From positions 49,688 to 113,687 of the forward strand of contig JARXAD010000002.1 in NCBI GenBank assembly GCA_029866025.1: a stretch of 64,000 bases of DNA, written 5' to 3'. Position numbers and translations under genes: made by a program. Positions 41,210-50,685 of this stretch are shown here, in pieces (position 1 is the stretch's first letter; every line of letters starts with the position of its first letter). This DNA is from Vampirovibrionales bacterium (GTDB lineage Bacteria > Cyanobacteriota > Vampirovibrionia > Vampirovibrionales > Vampirovibrionaceae). The notes under the pieces are model-generated. The model saw nothing but the letters and a program-made list of their open reading frames with translations. It ran no database searches and was not told the DNA's origin.

Positions 41210-42403
41210 TTGATGATGCCCACTGCCACCCACAATAAACTCTCTTTTATTGCCGATGAATTGCAGGCCCTCAAAGATCAGCATTTGTATCAATCGTTGG
41301 TCACGGTGCAAGGCCCCCAAGGGCCAGAAATCACCCTGGATGGCCGCACAGTATTGAACTTTTCTGCCAACAACTACTTAGGCCTATGCACCCACCCCGC
41401 CTTAAAAGAAGCCGCCATTAAGGCCACTGAAAAATACGGCGTGGGCGCGGGGGCTGTGAGGACTATCATTGGCACGCTGGATATTCACCAAGAGCTGGAA
41501 ATAGCCCTAGCCAAATTTAAGCACTGCGAAGCCACCATGGTCTTTCAATCGGGCTTTACCGCCAACGCAGGCGCCATTAACAGTTTATTGAACGAAGAAG
41601 ACTATACCCTCAGCGATTCGCTGAATCACGCCAGCATTATTGATGCCGTGCGCTTGAACAAAGCCAAAAAAGGTGTGTATTTACACAGCGATATGGCCGA
41701 CTTGGAAGCCAAACTCAAAGACGCCCAAGGCTTTCGCCATCGGTTGGTGGTCACGGATGGCGTGTTTTCCATGGATGGGGATGTGGCCAAACTGCCGGAT
41801 ATTGCCGACTTGTGTGACCAATACAACGCCTTGCTAATGGTAGATGATGCCCACGGCAGCGGCGTGTTTGGCGAGCATGGCGAAGGCACGGTAGCCCACT
41901 TTGGCCTGTGCGACCGGGTGGATTTGGTGGTGGGGACGTTATCCAAGGCGTTGGGCAGTATGGGTGGCTATGTGGCCAGCACCCAAGCCATGCGCGATTT
42001 GATGGTGAATCGTGCGCGCCCATTGTTGTTTAGCACCCCCCACCCCCCCAGCGTGGCAGCCAGCGCCTTAGCGGCGGTGAACTTGCTGATAACCGACAAC
42101 AGCTTGGTCAAACAGTTGTGGGACAACCGCAACTACTTTAAAGCCGAAATGAAACGCCTCGGCTACACCATTACCAGCGATTCGCCTATTTTGCCCGTGA
42201 TTGTGGGGGAAAGCGAACGGGCACAGTTGCTTTCCAAGCGATTGCTGGACGAAGGCGTGTTTGCCCGAGCCATTGTCTTCCCCACCGTGGCTAAAGATAA
42301 AGCCCGTGTGCGCCTGATGATGAGCGCCGCCTTTACCCGTGAACAGCTGGACCGCGGCCTTGCTGCTTTTGCCAAGCTGGGTAAAGAACTTTCTTTGGTT
42401 TAA
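41210..42403 (+). CDS. Class II aminotransferase-family acyltransferase: glycine C-acetyltransferase (Kbl) / 8-amino-7-oxononanoate synthase family.
   Basis: PLP-lysine region GTLSKALGSMGGY and DDAHGSGVFG. The 397-aa length favours Kbl. Confidence 0.75.
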   Translation: MMMPTATHNKLSFIADELQALKDQHLYQSLVTVQGPQGPEITLDGRTVLNFSANNYLGLCTHPALKEAAIKATEKYGVGAGAVRTIIGTLDIHQELEIALAKFKHCEATMVFQSGFTANAGAINSLLNEEDYTLSDSLNHASIIDAVRLNKAKKGVYLHSDMADLEAKLKDAQGFRHRLVVTDGVFSMDGDVAKLPDIADLCDQYNALLMVDDAHGSGVFGEHGEGTVAHFGLCDRVDLVVGTLSKALGSMGGYVASTQAMRDLMVNRARPLLFSTPHPPSVAASALAAVNLLITDNSLVKQLWDNRNYFKAEMKRLGYTITSDSPILPVIVGESERAQLLSKRLLDEGVFARAIVFPTVAKDKARVRLMMSAAFTREQLDRGLAAFAKLGKELSLV

Positions 42404-42410
42404 GGCCTCG

Positions 42411-43514
42411 TTATTCCACACGGAACATGGGGCGGTTATCCAAGAGTGTTCCCGTAACCGTTCCATCCACAATGTGGCCACTAACACTGGCACCATCCAA
42501 AGTCATCGCTTCAACGGCACCGGCATTCCGCATCATTTGCTGAAGCTGCGTAATGGTTACTTTTTTGGTGGTGGTAATGGCAATTAATTGACCGGCTGTA
42601 TCATAGCCCATAGCCGAGCGTATTTCTGGAGTGTCGCCGTAACCCGTGTAATCAGGATCAGCTGCCTTGCCACTCGCATCTTTATCCAGCAAAATACACC
42701 CGTTTTGGAAGGCCCATCGAGCGCCAGCCGTTAATGTCTGATTCTTATTCCACTCATCATACGTAATCTGGAAAAAGTTACCGCCGGCATCTTGCCCCAT
42801 AATGCCGTTATATTTGGCAAAGTTTGATCCTTTTTCAGTTGCCGGATCGATAAACTTTGTCATCTGTATGCCTTTCTCAATATAGCCGCCCGTTGTTCCT
42901 TGTTTAACAACATCACCCGCCTCATTTTTCTTGTAGTGGTGCAACGGTCCATTTATTACAAAGGCATTACTAGGGTCCGAATCAAAAGTCGCCGCTGTAG
43001 CACCAGCAGCATCTTTGGTATCGATCACAATGGATACGCTGGTCGGCGTTTTCTTAAGTACCGTGTAACCGTCGTATTCTTCAACTATTGCACCATTTTT
43101 TGACGTTGTTGTTGACTTAGGAGCAATGGGTTTAATAGGATTCTTGCCCTTTGGGTCCGTCACAGCCGGAGCGGCGGGCGTGGGCACAGTAGCCACCGAT
43201 TTTTTGGTGTGTTTGATAATGGTAATCTCTTCTGTGGGCCTACGATTACGAATAAAGTTGGCTGCCACGGCTACAGCCGCCAAGGTGGCAAACACACCCA
43301 AAATCCCAATACCACCCCTGGGTTCAGGAGCACACACGTTGCTTTGCACCGTGTATTCTGTGGGGCGGGCCAAACGGCGGTTTAAATCGCCAGCGCCAGG
43401 AAAACACCTTTGGGGTACCCAAGTGTTATACTGATTGAAGCCGTACGATGGATCAGAAAATGAATAATTCACAATGATCGTTCCCTTAAGCGCAATAATT
43501 AACGGCCCAAACAC
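42411..43514 (-). CDS. Phosphodiester glycosidase family (NAGPA/DUF2233-like) protein, paralog 2, with N-terminal TM.
   Basis: AMTLDGASVSG motif, TM ILGVFATLAAVAVAANFI and a P/T-rich linker. Confidence 0.5.
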   Translation of the reverse strand: MFGPLIIALKGTIIVNYSFSDPSYGFNQYNTWVPQRCFPGAGDLNRRLARPTEYTVQSNVCAPEPRGGIGILGVFATLAAVAVAANFIRNRRPTEEITIIKHTKKSVATVPTPAAPAVTDPKGKNPIKPIAPKSTTTSKNGAIVEEYDGYTVLKKTPTSVSIVIDTKDAAGATAATFDSDPSNAFVINGPLHHYKKNEAGDVVKQGTTGGYIEKGIQMTKFIDPATEKGSNFAKYNGIMGQDAGGNFFQITYDEWNKNQTLTAGARWAFQNGCILLDKDASGKAADPDYTGYGDTPEIRSAMGYDTAGQLIAITTTKKVTITQLQQMMRNAGAVEAMTLDGASVSGHIVDGTVTGTLLDNRPMFRVE

Positions 43515-43623
43515 CGCTACAAATAGAGTGAATACAGCGGTAAGGCGTTATCATAAGTTAATTGTATAAAAACAGTTTTATAGGCTTTTAGAACCCTTTG
43601 TATCCAAGGCGTTACAAAACGCC

Positions 43624-44028
43624 TTAAACGCTCCCCGGTTTATTCACGGCGTGTTTCTTCATGCCTTCCACGTCACAAAATTCCAGGCTTCGGGCGTGGG
43701 TGGCTTCTAGCACCACGGGTGGTGCAAAGCCCGCTTCATAGGCTTCTTGCCAGCGGCTGGCGCACAAACACCAGCAATCGCCCGCTTTTAAGCCAGCAAA
43801 CCCATACTCGGGCATGGGGGTGGATAAATCATTGCCTACGGATTGGGTGAAGGCCAAAAATTCATCGGTAGCAACCACGCACACCGTATGCACGCCCATG
43901 TCTTCGCCGCCCGTGTTACAGCAGCCGTCTCGGTAAAAACCCGTCAGTGGGTCGGTGCTGCAGGCAATCATGGGGGTGCCCAACACGTTGGTGGGTTGGG
44001 TCAGGGTTTGCGAAGAGTCTGACGTCAT
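43624..44028 (-). CDS. DUF2237-family small Cys-rich protein.
   Basis: GFYRDGCCNTGGEDMGVHTVC...GDCWCLCASRW pattern typical of DUF2237. Confidence 0.55.
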   Translation of the reverse strand: MTSDSSQTLTQPTNVLGTPMIACSTDPLTGFYRDGCCNTGGEDMGVHTVCVVATDEFLAFTQSVGNDLSTPMPEYGFAGLKAGDCWCLCASRWQEAYEAGFAPPVVLEATHARSLEFCDVEGMKKHAVNKPGSV

Positions 44029-44069
44029 GGCAACTTCCTTTAATCACGTTGGAACAGAGTACACATCCA

Positions 44070-46103
44070 TCATACCGCAGTAGCCAATAGATTTTTTAGC
44101 GCCCCGATTTGGTCTCGCAGTGCAGCGGCTTTTTCAAATTCCAGCAAAGTGGCAGCTTGCTCCATTTGGTCGTTTAGTTGGGTAATCAGTTCTTGCAATT
44201 GGTCATCGCTCAGGTGGGCTGTTTCTGCCTGCTGAATCACCGCATCCACTTCTTTTTGGCGGTCTTCCGGCTTCATGCCCATCAGCTCCAATAGCCCGTT
44301 GGCAATGGGTTTTTTAATGGTTTTGGGCACAATACCGTTGACCTCGTTAAAGGCGTGTTGTTTGTCGCGGCGATCGCTCGTCATTTGCATGGCGCGCTGC
44401 ATGCTGTCCGTGATTTTATCGGCAAACAAAAACACCTCGCCACAGGCATTACGGGCCGCCCGCCCAATGGTTTGGATGAGACTCGATTCGCTGCGCAAAA
44501 AGCCTTCTTTGTCGGCATCCATAATGGCCACCAGCGATACTTCCGGTAAATCCAAACCTTCTCGCAGCAGGTTGACGCCCACCAGCACATCAAAGGTTCC
44601 CAAGCGCAGGTCTCGCAAAATTTCAATTCGTTCGAGGGGTTTAATATCGCTGTGTAAAAAGCGCACCCGCACATTCAGGGCCCGATAATACTCGGTGAGA
44701 TCTTCGGCCATGCGTTTGGTGAGGGTGGTAATGAGGACTCGCTCGTCTTTCGCCACGCGATCTCGGATGGCGGTCAGCAGGGTATCCACCTGATGGGCCG
44801 TGGGATGAATGGACACGATGGGATCCAGCAAGCCTGTGGGGCGAATGACTTGCTCCACCACTTGCGAAGACTGTTCCAGTTCGGTGGCGGTGGGCGTGGC
44901 AGAAATAAAGAGGCGCTGGCCAATACGCTCGCAAAACTCTTCGTAGCGCAAAGGACGATTGTCTCTCGCACATGGCAAACGAAAGCCGTAATCCACCAGC
45001 GTGTTTTTACGCGCCTGATCCCCGTGGTACATGCCCCGCAACTGGGGCAGCGTCACGTGAGATTCATCAATCATCATCAAAAAATCGTCGGCAAAGTAAT
45101 CCATCAGGGTTTTGGGTGGCGTGCCCGGTGGGCGCCGATCGAACACCCGACTGTAGTTTTCAATGCCCGGGCAATAGCCCACTTGCTTAATCATTTCCAC
45201 ATCGCGATAAGTGCGGCTGCGAATGCGATCGGCTTCGGCATTTTTACCAATGCTTTTAAAGTAAGCCTCTTGCTGAGTGAGTTCGGCCATGATGTCGTCA
45301 ATGGCATCATTGACGGTGTTTTTATTGGTCACATAGTGAATGGCTGGATAAATAACCACTTCATCCACGCGTTCAATCACATCGCCGCTTAGAGCATCCA
45401 CCCACACCAAGGCTTCCACTTCATCGCCAAACAAGGTGAGTTTGAGAGATTTGGTTTCTTCGTAGGCGGGGAAAATCTCAATCACATCGCCTCGTACCCG
45501 AAAGGTGGCTCGCTTAAAATCCAGCTCCACGCGGGTGTATTGGGTGCGTACCAAGTGGCGCAGTAGCTCTTGGCGATCCAGCTCATCCCCCACGCTCACG
45601 CGAATGGCGGCGTCAAAGTAGGCTTCGGGGGCGCCCAGGCCGTAAATGCAGCTCACACTGGCAATCACCACCACATCGCGGCGTTCGTACAAGCTGCGGG
45701 TGGCGCTGTGGCGCAAGCGGTCGATGTTGTCGTTGATGCTGGCGGTTTTTTCAATGTAGGTATCGGTGCGGGGAATGTAGGCTTCGGGCTGGTAATAATC
45801 GTAGTAACTTATAAAGTATTCCACCGCATTGTGGGGGAAAAAACCCTTCATTTCGTTGTACAGCTGGGCGGCCAAGGTTTTGTTGTGGGATAAAATAAGC
45901 GTGGGCCGCTGCACGGCTTGAATAACATTGGCCATGGTAAAGGTTTTACCGCTACCCGTTACGCCCAGCAAGGTTTGAGATTCTTGGCCGCATTCCAAGC
46001 CCTCCACCAGTGCCGCAATGGCTTGGGGTTGATCGCCGCCGGGGGCGTAGTCTGTTACCAGTTGAAAGGGTTTGTGTGCCATAAAAAGAGTACTGCCAAG
46101 CAT
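44070..46103 (-). CDS. uvrB: Excinuclease ABC subunit B.
   Basis: Walker A GVTGSGKTF, helicase motifs, the beta-hairpin region and the C-terminal UVR domain LQELITQLNDQMEQAA..LEFEKAAALRDQI. Confidence 0.95.
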   Translation of the reverse strand: MLGSTLFMAHKPFQLVTDYAPGGDQPQAIAALVEGLECGQESQTLLGVTGSGKTFTMANVIQAVQRPTLILSHNKTLAAQLYNEMKGFFPHNAVEYFISYYDYYQPEAYIPRTDTYIEKTASINDNIDRLRHSATRSLYERRDVVVIASVSCIYGLGAPEAYFDAAIRVSVGDELDRQELLRHLVRTQYTRVELDFKRATFRVRGDVIEIFPAYEETKSLKLTLFGDEVEALVWVDALSGDVIERVDEVVIYPAIHYVTNKNTVNDAIDDIMAELTQQEAYFKSIGKNAEADRIRSRTYRDVEMIKQVGYCPGIENYSRVFDRRPPGTPPKTLMDYFADDFLMMIDESHVTLPQLRGMYHGDQARKNTLVDYGFRLPCARDNRPLRYEEFCERIGQRLFISATPTATELEQSSQVVEQVIRPTGLLDPIVSIHPTAHQVDTLLTAIRDRVAKDERVLITTLTKRMAEDLTEYYRALNVRVRFLHSDIKPLERIEILRDLRLGTFDVLVGVNLLREGLDLPEVSLVAIMDADKEGFLRSESSLIQTIGRAARNACGEVFLFADKITDSMQRAMQMTSDRRDKQHAFNEVNGIVPKTIKKPIANGLLELMGMKPEDRQKEVDAVIQQAETAHLSDDQLQELITQLNDQMEQAATLLEFEKAAALRDQIGALKNLLATAV

Positions 46104-46180
46104 TCAGGGTAAACCATCAATCCCTGACTGTAGCAAGAGAACGAGCCTCTCTCAATGAAACAACCGAAAGGTTTAAGCTT

Positions 46181-47209
46181 TTAAGGAGCGACTGGCATTT
46201 CTGCCAAGGCCACTTTGGGGTTACCTACTTTGTTGGTCAGCTCGCCCAGCTTATCAATGGCCAGCGTCATGGTATCGCCGGGTTGAATCCAGCGGTCCAA
46301 CTCCAGCCCGCAACCACGACCCACGGTGCCGCTGCCAAAAATATCGCCCGGTTGCAGCCATTCATCTTTACTGGCGTGGGCTATCATTTGTTCAAAGCGC
46401 CAGTGAATAGTGCCACTGTGGCCATCGCTCCAACGCTCGCCGTTAATGTCAGCCGTCATGCGCAAATCGTAGGCATCGCCCACCTCATCGGGGGTCACTA
46501 GCCACGGTCCAATAATAGTGGCAAAATCCTTGGCTTTGGCGGGGCCGAGACGGCACAGCATCTCTTGGCGTTGAATATCCCGTGCGCTTACGTCGTTAAT
46601 AATGCAATAGCCGGCAATGTAGTCTGTGGCTTGGTTTTCTGGAATATTCATACCCGCTTTGCCAATAATGCAGCCCAGTTCCAGCTCGTAATCCAGCCTT
46701 TTGGTGTAGCTGGGCCATGGCGCTTCCACATTAGGGCCAATAACGCTGTTGGGATTACCCTTGTAATACACAGGCAGCTCAAACCACGGGTCTGGAATGG
46801 GCTCTTTGCGACGGGCAAAGCCGTTGCGCACGTGTTCTTCAAAGGCGTAAAAATCACGAAAGCTGGTAGGGTTGGGCAAGGGCGCTTGAAGGGTCACCTC
46901 AGCATGGGCAAACAGCAGGCGGGCATTATTGAGACCCAAGACAGGGTTGGCCAAATCCCCCAGCTCCCCCATTTTGTAAAACTCTAGCATCAGGCGGGCT
47001 TGGCCCATGGCCCGATTGCCCTGCTGCAACAACCCCAACACGGTACTGGGTAGCAACACATTGGCCACCGCTTGAGGCTGAGGGTCGCCTTGCTGATGCA
47101 AGTACCACGCATAGGCGGCGTTCAGGTCTAGCACCACATCGCCCGCCAGGGCACCGGCCCGATCAAACCAGCCCAAGGGGGTTTGTATGCGAAAAGTTAC
47201 AAGTTTCAT
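46181..47209 (-). CDS. Fumarylacetoacetate hydrolase (FAH)-family protein.
   Basis: N-terminal MKLVTFR...G then the FAH fold. In a genome that also has HPPD, a role in tyrosine catabolism is plausible. Confidence 0.65.
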   Translation of the reverse strand: MKLVTFRIQTPLGWFDRAGALAGDVVLDLNAAYAWYLHQQGDPQPQAVANVLLPSTVLGLLQQGNRAMGQARLMLEFYKMGELGDLANPVLGLNNARLLFAHAEVTLQAPLPNPTSFRDFYAFEEHVRNGFARRKEPIPDPWFELPVYYKGNPNSVIGPNVEAPWPSYTKRLDYELELGCIIGKAGMNIPENQATDYIAGYCIINDVSARDIQRQEMLCRLGPAKAKDFATIIGPWLVTPDEVGDAYDLRMTADINGERWSDGHSGTIHWRFEQMIAHASKDEWLQPGDIFGSGTVGRGCGLELDRWIQPGDTMTLAIDKLGELTNKVGNPKVALAEMPVAP

Positions 47210-47242
47210 ACAGGGTATTATAGTCCTAGGGGGTTGGTTGCA

Positions 47243-47923
47243 CTAGTCAACAACTTGCCTTTCAGAGACATAGCCTTCAGGCAAATTGTTTAAATCCAAC
47301 TCGTTTTTTTGGATATACAACAGTTTTTCTGGTCCCCAATAAAGGTTTCCCTTTTCTTTAATTTTAAAATAACTTTCATTTTTGCTTATTCCGTTAAGAG
47401 CAGGGACAAAGAGAAAATCGTTGGTTGAAGGACAGCCTCTCCCATTAAGATCACAAGCATCTTTATGAGCATCTATCATAGAAAACATTTCTTCTAATAA
47501 TGCTCGGTTGGTAGTTAATGTTAATATACCGGAATGATTATTTTTATGTTCTAGAAGAATTTTATAATAGCCACTACTGGAAGCAGCGGCCTTTTCATCA
47601 TCATAAAATCTATGAAGCAAACTTCCTTGAGGCGAAGAGGTATAGATTACATGTGTGTACTTCCCACTCTCAGAGGTATTTTTTACAGAGCTGGCTTGGC
47701 TAACCTTTTGGCACGCATAACCAAAGGTTTTACACAGGCCCTCTAACCATTGGTTCACATTCGGTTCGGTATCATTATTTTGTTGGGCAAATGTATCCGT
47801 GTCAAAGTCAAAGGCCTCATTTGTCGGGCGAAAGCCTAACAGTTGCTGAAAACCACGAAATTCATCCCCCCCCCCCCGATTGGCTGGAGCAATGTGATAC
47901 TGGGTGCCAAATTGAATGTTCAT
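47243..47923 (-). CDS. Hypothetical 226-aa protein, AT-rich, with a G12 tract in codons 16-20.
   Basis: ORF only. The GGDEF-like string is the translation of the homopolymer, not a cyclase motif. Confidence 0.35.
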   Translation of the reverse strand: MNIQFGTQYHIAPANRGGGDEFRGFQQLLGFRPTNEAFDFDTDTFAQQNNDTEPNVNQWLEGLCKTFGYACQKVSQASSVKNTSESGKYTHVIYTSSPQGSLLHRFYDDEKAAASSSGYYKILLEHKNNHSGILTLTTNRALLEEMFSMIDAHKDACDLNGRGCPSTNDFLFVPALNGISKNESYFKIKEKGNLYWGPEKLLYIQKNELDLNNLPEGYVSERQVVD

Positions 47924-48047
47924 GACAAGGTTTCCTTTAGTAAAGGTGTAAAGCTATGTTAGCCATACAAAAGGCCCTCAAGGCCCCTTGGTGCTAGCTT
48001 ATGGGATAATAAGCGGACTTTCGTTACATTTGTTAGGAAACCACGCC

Positions 48048-48788
48048 ATGGCTGGGCTCAATAAAGTCATTACTTCTTATTACGACGCGCTAGACGGCCT
48101 GCACGACGGCATGACGGTCATGGCCGGTGGCTTTGGTCTGTGCGGCATTCCCGAAGGGTTGATTGGCGAAGTGGCGCGCAAAGGCACTAAAAACCTAACG
48201 TGCATTAGCAACAACGCTGGTGTGGATGACTTTGGGCTTGGGATTTTACTGGCCAACCACCAAATTAGCACCATGATTGCCAGCTACGTGGGCGAAAATG
48301 ACGAATTTGAACGCCAATACCTAACCGGCGAACTGAACGTTATTTTTACCCCCCAAGGCACCCTGGCGGAAAAAATTAGAGCCGGTGGCGCTGGCATTCC
48401 TGCCTTTTACACCCCCACCGGTTACGGCACCGCCGTCGCCCAGTATCCCGATGGCACCCCCAAAGAGACGCGACAGTTTAAGGATATTCACGGCAACACC
48501 AAGTGGTACGTACTGGAAGAATCCCTCACCGCCGATTTTGCATTGGTGAAAGCGTGGAAGGCCGATACGTATGGCAATCTCATCTTTAACAAAACTGCGG
48601 CTAACTTTAACCCCATGATGGTGACCGCTGCCCGCACCACAGTGGTGGAAGTGGAAGACATTGTGGAAGCGGGCCAGCTGGACCCTAACGATATTCACGT
48701 GGCCGGCATTTACGTGGACCGCTTGATTGTGGGCACCTTTGAAAAACGTATTGAGCAACGGACGGTGAAAACCGCAGCGGCAGTGTAA
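48048..48788 (+). CDS. scoA: 3-oxoacid CoA-transferase subunit A.
   Basis: [10 protein letters not shown]...[20 protein letters not shown] is the canonical ScoA/AtoD N-terminus. Start is taken at Met21 of the track ORF. Confidence 0.85.
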   Translation: MAGLNKVITSYYDALDGLHDGMTVMAGGFGLCGIPEGLIGEVARKGTKNLTCISNNAGVDDFGLGILLANHQISTMIASYVGENDEFERQYLTGELNVIFTPQGTLAEKIRAGGAGIPAFYTPTGYGTAVAQYPDGTPKETRQFKDIHGNTKWYVLEESLTADFALVKAWKADTYGNLIFNKTAANFNPMMVTAARTTVVEVEDIVEAGQLDPNDIHVAGIYVDRLIVGTFEKRIEQRTVKTAAAV

Positions 48789-49858
48789 TGGCCCCATTAT
48801 TTCAGTCGCATCACGGTTCACCTCATCAGCCCCAGCCTTTTACTACGGTCATGATTGTTCCCACGGGCGTGGGTGCCAGCATCGGAGGCTTTGCCGGCGA
48901 TGCTACCCAAGCCATGCATCTGTTGGCAGCCGTCAGCGATCGGTTGATTACCCATCCCAACGTGGCCAATGCCGCTGTGTTTCAAAAACTGCCTGCTAAT
49001 GCTTGGTATGTGGAAGGCTATGCCTTAGACGCCTGTCTGCAAGGACGCTGGGCCTTACGTGCCACCAACAAACGTCATCGTATTGGCGTGGTATTGGATG
49101 CGGGTATTCCCAAAGACATGGAGATTCTCACCCGCAACACCCTTAACGCCGTGACTAGTATTTATGGCGTGCCTATAGCCGGTATTGAAACCACCACAGA
49201 GCCCGTCTCTCTGGCTTTTGAGACGCTGGACTCAGGAGCCTCTTCTGGGCAAATAAGCAATCCTCATGTCGTCATCGAAGCCGCACAGCGCTTAATGAAT
49301 CAAGGCGCTACCGCCATTGCGTTGGCCGTGTTCTTCCCCGAAGCCGAAGCACTGGGCTTAGCAGACGCTGAGGCTAATTACAAGGCCGGTAGTGGTGTGG
49401 ATCCCATTGGCGGGCTAGAAGCCTTGCTCTCTCATACCGTGGTAAAAGCACTGGGCGTGCCCTCCGCCCATGCGCCGGTGCTCAGCTATGAGGCGAGCGA
49501 ACCTGAAACCAAAACAATTTTGGATCCACGGGTAGCCCCAGAATTTATTGCCCACACCTTTGTGCCGTGCGTTCTCACCGGTCTCATGCAGGCCCCCCAA
49601 TTCATTACAGACTCCCGATTTTTTCAGCCCAGTGACGTTACCGCTCAAAGTATTCATGCGGTGGTAGTGCCTGCCGATTGTTTAGGAGGCCCAGGCGTGT
49701 TGGCTGCTATTCAGCAGGGCATTCCCGTCATTGCTGTGGCCAGTAACACCACGTGGTTGAGTGTAACACCCGAATCAATGGGACATCTGCCCACCGTGCG
49801 CACGGTGGCTAATTACGAAGAAGCTGTCGGCGTTCTAGTTTCGTTGCGGCTAAATTAA
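48788..49858 (+). CDS. DUF3326-like conserved hypothetical protein, start overlapping the scoA stop (TAATG).
   Basis: The 356-aa ORF starts at 48788 inside the scoA stop codon. It is Gly/Ala-rich and predicted soluble. I recall the family name from memory. Confidence 0.4.
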   Translation: MAPLFQSHHGSPHQPQPFTTVMIVPTGVGASIGGFAGDATQAMHLLAAVSDRLITHPNVANAAVFQKLPANAWYVEGYALDACLQGRWALRATNKRHRIGVVLDAGIPKDMEILTRNTLNAVTSIYGVPIAGIETTTEPVSLAFETLDSGASSGQISNPHVVIEAAQRLMNQGATAIALAVFFPEAEALGLADAEANYKAGSGVDPIGGLEALLSHTVVKALGVPSAHAPVLSYEASEPETKTILDPRVAPEFIAHTFVPCVLTGLMQAPQFITDSRFFQPSDVTAQSIHAVVVPADCLGGPGVLAAIQQGIPVIAVASNTTWLSVTPESMGHLPTVRTVANYEEAVGVLVSLRLN

Positions 49859-49875
49859 AAATGGTTTGAGAATGG

Positions 49876-50607
49876 CTACGGGGCAGCCACCGGTGTTTTG
49901 GGTCCTGTGGTTACCGTGTTAGTCACGGTTGTGGGGGCAGCACTCTTAGTTTGCAATGAGGGGTGCAACGAAGACGACCCCGTGGCTACCGGCGTTTCTC
50001 CAAAGGGGTTTGGCTTAGGCGCATTTGAAGCGGTCGAAGTCGTTGCGGCGGCAGCAGTGACAGGGGCTTTGAGCGCAGTTTGGACCAGGGTTGTCTGTGG
50101 CGCAGTTACAACAGCAGGTTGAGACGTTCCCGTCGGTGTCGTAGCACCCTCGGTTGTTGATGAAGCGGCCACGGTTGTCACCTCTTCTAGTGACGTTGTG
50201 GTGACAGCACCAGGCGGTTCTGAGGTTTCGGAGGCTACAGGAGTTTTCATACGCATCACCGGAATATTGGCCACCAAAGCAATGGTATTGGATTCCGTCT
50301 CTAAATTCAGTTCCAAGGCTTCCCGGTCAATATCCACGTATTTGGAAATGACCTGCACCAGCTCATCCCGCATTTTTGAAAGTACATCGGGGGAAATTTG
50401 AGTGCGGTCATGCATTAACACAAGCTTTAAGCGATTATAGGCGTCATTTTTTGAACCATCACCGCCCTGCTTGCCACTGTTGCCACCTTGCTTAGATCCA
50501 GACCCATTATTAGACTGGCTGCCATTGCGACCAAACGCCGCGCTGTAAGGGCGAGACGATTCTTTACCGTCCAGCTCTAGGTTAAACAATTTACTCAGCC
50601 AGCCCAT
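49876..50607 (-). CDS. minE: Cell division topological specificity factor MinE with a ~150-aa T/A/P-rich C-terminal extension.
   Basis: MGWLSKLFN membrane-targeting start and RLKLVLMHDRTQISPDVLSKMRDELVQVISKYVDID, which aligns with the MinE core. The core is followed by low-complexity TTxT/AAP sequence up to the stop. Confidence 0.8.
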   Translation of the reverse strand: MGWLSKLFNLELDGKESSRPYSAAFGRNGSQSNNGSGSKQGGNSGKQGGDGSKNDAYNRLKLVLMHDRTQISPDVLSKMRDELVQVISKYVDIDREALELNLETESNTIALVANIPVMRMKTPVASETSEPPGAVTTTSLEEVTTVAASSTTEGATTPTGTSQPAVVTAPQTTLVQTALKAPVTAAAATTSTASNAPKPNPFGETPVATGSSSLHPSLQTKSAAPTTVTNTVTTGPKTPVAAP

Positions 50608-50685
50608 GGCCCAACTCCTTATATCCGTAAACGGTTGCAATCAACACAGCAGGGCACTTTGGCCATTGGCTGCTAAACAATACTC

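Noticed and set aside
47860-47880. GGDEF motif in ORF 47243..47923, which would suggest a diguanylate cyclase
   Set aside because: The string arises from translating the G12 homopolymer (RGGGDEF) at residue 16. There is no surrounding GGDEF domain.
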